This document shows positions 60,601 to 64,000 of a stretch of DNA of 64,000 nucleotides, one piece after another (position 1 is the stretch's first letter; each line of letters starts with the position of its first letter). The notes beneath the pieces were generated by a model. It had not been told where the DNA came from. It saw nothing but the letters and a program-made list of their open reading frames with translations, and ran no database searches. Origin of the DNA: Macrostomum hystrix (taxonomy: Eukaryota > Animalia > Platyhelminthes); assembly GCA_950097015.1 (NCBI GenBank), contig CATNEN010000025.1:5084001-5148000 (forward strand), read 5' to 3'. A program made the position numbers and the translations under genes.

Positions 60601-61584
60601 CTGTCGGCTATAATTTTTTATTGTACGGGCGTATTGTATTAATTATATTACTCGTAGGAGTTCGGTGGCGGAGCCGTTAACGCGTTTGGCTCTCGCACCA
60701 AGGTCCCAAAGTTCGATTCCGCGGCGAGGTCACATTCATTTGGGGTGCAGCCGCGGAGAGAAGGCTTGGGGGCTTGTCGTGCAATTTATGCTCTTGAGGG
60801 CCAACCTCCAAGGCACAGTGAGAGTGTACACTGCCTGACGATGAGAAAGTCAGGGCAAATGTACACACCTGTGTGAGTGTGTGCCTGCGTACGGTATCTG
60901 TGTGCTTGTGCGCTCAGGAGTCAGCGGAATGGGCAGAATTGCCTCCTCGCTGGCTGCGGATCTAGTGTCACTAAATGATGTGCCGCTGCCCGCAGCCCTT
61001 TTGTAGTTATGATTATGATTATGATTATTAATATATTAATAATATAGTCAAAGTTGATATTACTGAACCAATTTGGATTCGCCATAGGTGTTTAAACTGA
61101 GCAATCTTACTTGTCTTTGTCACCAGGGTCTTCGACAAGAATCCTTGAATATCTCGACGATGCTGAAGTCGGACGGCTTTGAAAGCTAGTTAGTCGTAAA
61201 GGGCGGAAAACGTTGATTCATATGGCTGACTTTCAGGAAAGCCGGTCATTCGGTTTGGGAGCTATCGTGAAGTGGGCAGTGGGTATTTGAAATACCCTCG
61301 TGGTCGTGCTACTGTTAATTGTACGTGCTCATACTCGAACTGCCGCCAATCAATGCGCACCCGTTCATTTTCAGCCTCAGACGGACGGTCTGCCGCACGA
61401 GCGCCGCCTCTCCGAGGACGCCAGCGTGGACGACTCCGGCCGCGGCGGCTCCATCGAAGATGTGAAAGTCTCGAATGGCATCGGCACCTTTGTAGGGCCG
61501 CTGACTTTGCCAAGGAGCGGCCATCCGCATCACGCCTACCTGCTGAGGCCTGGCAGGAGCCCTACGCCAGCCAGCGCAATCTAG
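42619..61584 (+). CDS. Protocadherin, 7 extracellular cadherin repeats, TM, Gln/Gly-rich tail (about 1082 aa)
   Basis: Exons 42619-43770, 43841-45478, 52671-52919, 61375-61584 (all phase 0, GT-AG). Leu-rich signal peptide. Seven EC repeats (DxNDNxP-type linkers, DRE/DFE, ADPD). Cys cluster in EC1 (DRDDLC..CC...C). TM IAILIVIIAATVLIAAGLVAAIFYV. Exons 3 and 4 are assigned by phase and composition only, and further exons may exist. Confidence 0.85.
45770..46315. repeat. Minisatellite, 32-bp TGTGGTAGAATGTTCTAGATCTGTACATTTCA, shortening to about 26 bp distally
   Basis: About 17 copies in protocadherin intron 2. Confidence 0.93.
49744..49998. repeat. Minisatellite, 37-bp ACAATGCACTGGAGCTCATTTGGTGGTTCAGTGAGAC
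   Basis: About 7 copies. Confidence 0.93.
50568..50772 (+). mobile_element. SINE family A 5' half
   Basis: tRNA head TGGCAGAGCGG...CTCGATTCC, then the body GGCGCAGCCGCGGAGAGAAGGCTTGGGGG. Confidence 0.85.
50890..51030 (+). mobile_element. SINE family B fragment, decayed
   Basis: CATTGCTTCAG.CCACACAGCTGT...GGTGTGGCG..CC..AGTCCACGGACTGA.CAGCTGTAC.CGCAGCC. Confidence 0.65.
51455..52575. repeat. Minisatellite, 17-bp ATTCCCATTGTTACTGT
   Basis: About 65 copies ending about 95 bp before protocadherin exon 3. Confidence 0.97.
52990..54400. repeat. Minisatellite, 16-bp CATCTCTYCCCTGTCT
   Basis: About 88 copies starting about 70 bp after exon 3. Confidence 0.97.
55990..56225. repeat. Minisatellite, 16-bp AGAATTGGTGGGTGAC
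   Basis: About 14 copies. Confidence 0.95.
56230..57586. repeat. Purine-rich minisatellite, 14-bp GAATTGGGGAGAGA
   Basis: About 95 copies with variants, abutting the 16-bp array. Confidence 0.97.
60660..61030 (+). mobile_element. SINE family A, full-length
   Basis: A box TGGCGGAGCCG, B box GTTCGATTCC, complete body and (TTATGA)n tail. Confidence 0.9.
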
Positions 61585-63082
61585 TTTCCGCAGTGAGTGA
61601 AAAGTGTGAGCATCGAGCATGACAAAGCTGTCCACATTTCTATGAAAAATTGACTGGCCCTTCTGTATTACATCTGGAGATTTTTCTTAGCAAAACAGCA
61701 GCCACGATACTGAACTGAAATTTTCTGACTTTCGAATTTGATTATTAGTAAGTACACATTCGATTGATTGTACTGATCGCACATTTGTATGCAAATGTAT
61801 TATGAACGCCCATGTAAATGTAAAATCATATTTTTGTGAAGTGAATTTTAGCAGTTACAGTAGAAGTTTTATTGATGAAACCATTATCTGTCACAAGTTC
61901 TGTCAGTATTCGTAACAATTTCCTTTAGGACTTATTCTACTCAGCAACATCTGCGCAGATTCTTGTCAACGATTCCTCAAATTTGATTGAACAACAACTG
62001 AGATCACAAACTAACTAAACAAAGCGGGGCAAGATTCTACAGTTTATCTTGTTCGTCTATTCGTTAACATGTTTTTTTACTGTCAATAATGTTCTTGTGT
62101 CCGTGGACTTATCGTCGACTAACTGAACAGAAAAGAAACGACTCTAGTTGAATTTTCAGTACGAAATTACTTTTTTCTGTAGTTTATAACTGTACGTTAA
62201 AAGCTAAAACATCATGTCACTATATGACCCTGTAAATTGAATTGAACTACATTAGTGCTCGTGTAAATTGCAAGCAAAATAGCAGTTTTATTCTACTATA
62301 GTAGAACATCCTGACTTAAAAAAATTTGAAGGTCAACAAAATCGATGCAAAGTAGGAGCGGTGTATTGTGTCTAGTTTCGTTTGGGCCACAAACGATTGC
62401 GTCGACGGAAATTGTGAGCTAAGTAATTTTTTTGCGCGCCTTTCGGGCATCGAAACAGAAATACAACAGATTGCTTATATGCGAATAGTCTATGGTCAAG
62501 CCGCCCCCGATCTTTGGATATTCCCAACGGGTTATATATTTGGATATACCCATTTGCAGAAGAGCAATCTGTATATTCCTGTATCAATGCGTTTTGGATA
62601 TTTTCAAAAGCAGCTGTTTGACCAGTCAGTCACTTGTCATCTACCGCCTGGCTTTACGCAGTAACTGCTATTTTCATGAGCATACTATTTATTGAGTTTA
62701 AGTTGCAGAACTAAGCAAGCAATCGAAAAATATGCTTGCTTATTTGTTTAAAATATATGCAACGAGATATGCTCGTAACCATTCTCTAGATTGCAATAAT
62801 GTTCCGAGCACTACAGAGACCCACGAGAGACCCCATGTTTGCCTTTCGTCTCGCTTTGTCACTACCAATTCTTTGAGACTAGAGATAACTCGGTAAACAT
62901 ATAACTGAGTTACTAGAAGATGTTTCTATCGTAACACAATAAGTAATGCAGCATGTAAAAATATGTAATCGATAATTTTTTACATAGAAAAACTTACGCT
63001 CGTACTTAAAATAGAAAAACAATGAAGGAACATATCAAAACTGGCCTGAAATTCTGGGCTTAGAGTTATGCGTTTTTACAGC

Positions 63083-63307
63083 TGCCCCAGATGTGCAGCC
63101 GACAGCACAGCCGCAGCTATTGCGCGGCGAATCAGAAGGCTGCGTACGGCTGTTCAGTCCATGGACTGGGGGGGACGCCACACCCACCCTCAGTTACCCC
63201 TGCTAATGCTGGTACCCTGGGTTAACAGCTGGGTGAACTGAAGCAATGCAGAGTTAAGTGAATTGTTAAAGGACATAGATTGTTCTTGAGTCGGGAATCG
63301 AACCCTG
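63083..63307 (-). mobile_element. SINE family B, 5'-truncated
   Basis: CCCCAGATGTGCAGCCGACAGC...CAGCTGGGTGAACTGAAGCAATGCAGAGTTAAG..GGGAATCGAACCC. Confidence 0.85.
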
Positions 63308-64000
63308 GGCCAATAGTCAGTAGCAATTAAAGTGGCCAAGCAAGTGTTTAAAATAAAGGTCTAGAATTGCTTTCCAAAAGCAGTTAAACAATTGCTTTAA
63401 TTTTTCATCAGAAAATTGCATACAAACTCGTATGCTTCTACTAACAAGTAGTATGCGTGCGTCACACACAGTAAAATATAACATGAATCGGGCATCGAAA
63501 CGGAAAGTAATTCGCTAAAGTTTCTTGAAATATTGCTTCAATGTGTACCTGCAACAACCAGTCAACGAATGGATTGACAAAAAAACTATGTACACAACCC
63601 CAGAGTCGCAATTAACAGCGTCAGTTGGGTGAAGCGTCAGATGGTGCGCCGCAGGGCCAATCAGCGAGTGAAAGAATTTGGGCGTCGCACACGATGCAGT
63701 GAGTGCACCTCCGGGTCCGGGCTTGACCACCTCTGAACGAACCCTACAAGGTCATCAGCACGACCATGTGGCCTAACAGTTCGAGTCTCCGCTGGCGCAG
63801 TGTGATGGACGGGCGTCGCAGCTGGGCCCTCTAGTACGAGCTACAGGACCTCGAACGCGACGTTCTCGTCTGCTTGGAAGGCCGCACGAACAAGCCCTGA
63901 GTGCGCCGCTCGAGCTCCCAGCGTCCACGTCTCGGCAGGCATCTTAGAGCAGGGCGTTCTCGACCACCGCCTGCCAAAGTCGAGCCCTCTGACGGTCGGG

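Noticed and set aside
63730-64000. GC-rich coding-like stretch with in-frame stops at the window end
   Set aside because: No recognisable motif, stops in all frames examined, and truncated by the window edge.

Overview
Eukaryotic (metazoan) genomic DNA with GC-rich exons and AT-rich introns packed with minisatellites. Four spliced host genes can be assembled by hand with consistent GT-AG phases. They are an FBXO16-like F-box gene (-, 5734-15391), a rhodopsin-class peptide-type GPCR (+, 17646-21528), succinate-semialdehyde dehydrogenase ALDH5A1 (+, 25444-29311) and a 7-cadherin-repeat protocadherin (+, 42619-61584). There is also an orphan ORF (32481-32927) whose eight tryptophans all fall in one heptad register. 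Mobile elements: one intact 6.2-kb APE/RT/RNase H LINE (LOA-like) with a 12-bp TSD, inserted into a SINE inside an FBXO16 intron; three non-autonomous hAT elements with perfect 8-bp TSDs; and about 15 copies or fragments of two tRNA-derived SINE families. More than 20 minisatellite arrays (units mostly 11-37 bp) generate most of the long ORFs in the ORF track, and these are artefacts. The protocadherin argues against an arthropod or nematode host. The repeat landscape is reminiscent of a free-living flatworm such as Macrostomum, but that is inference only. All coordinates were read by eye and no database searches were run.
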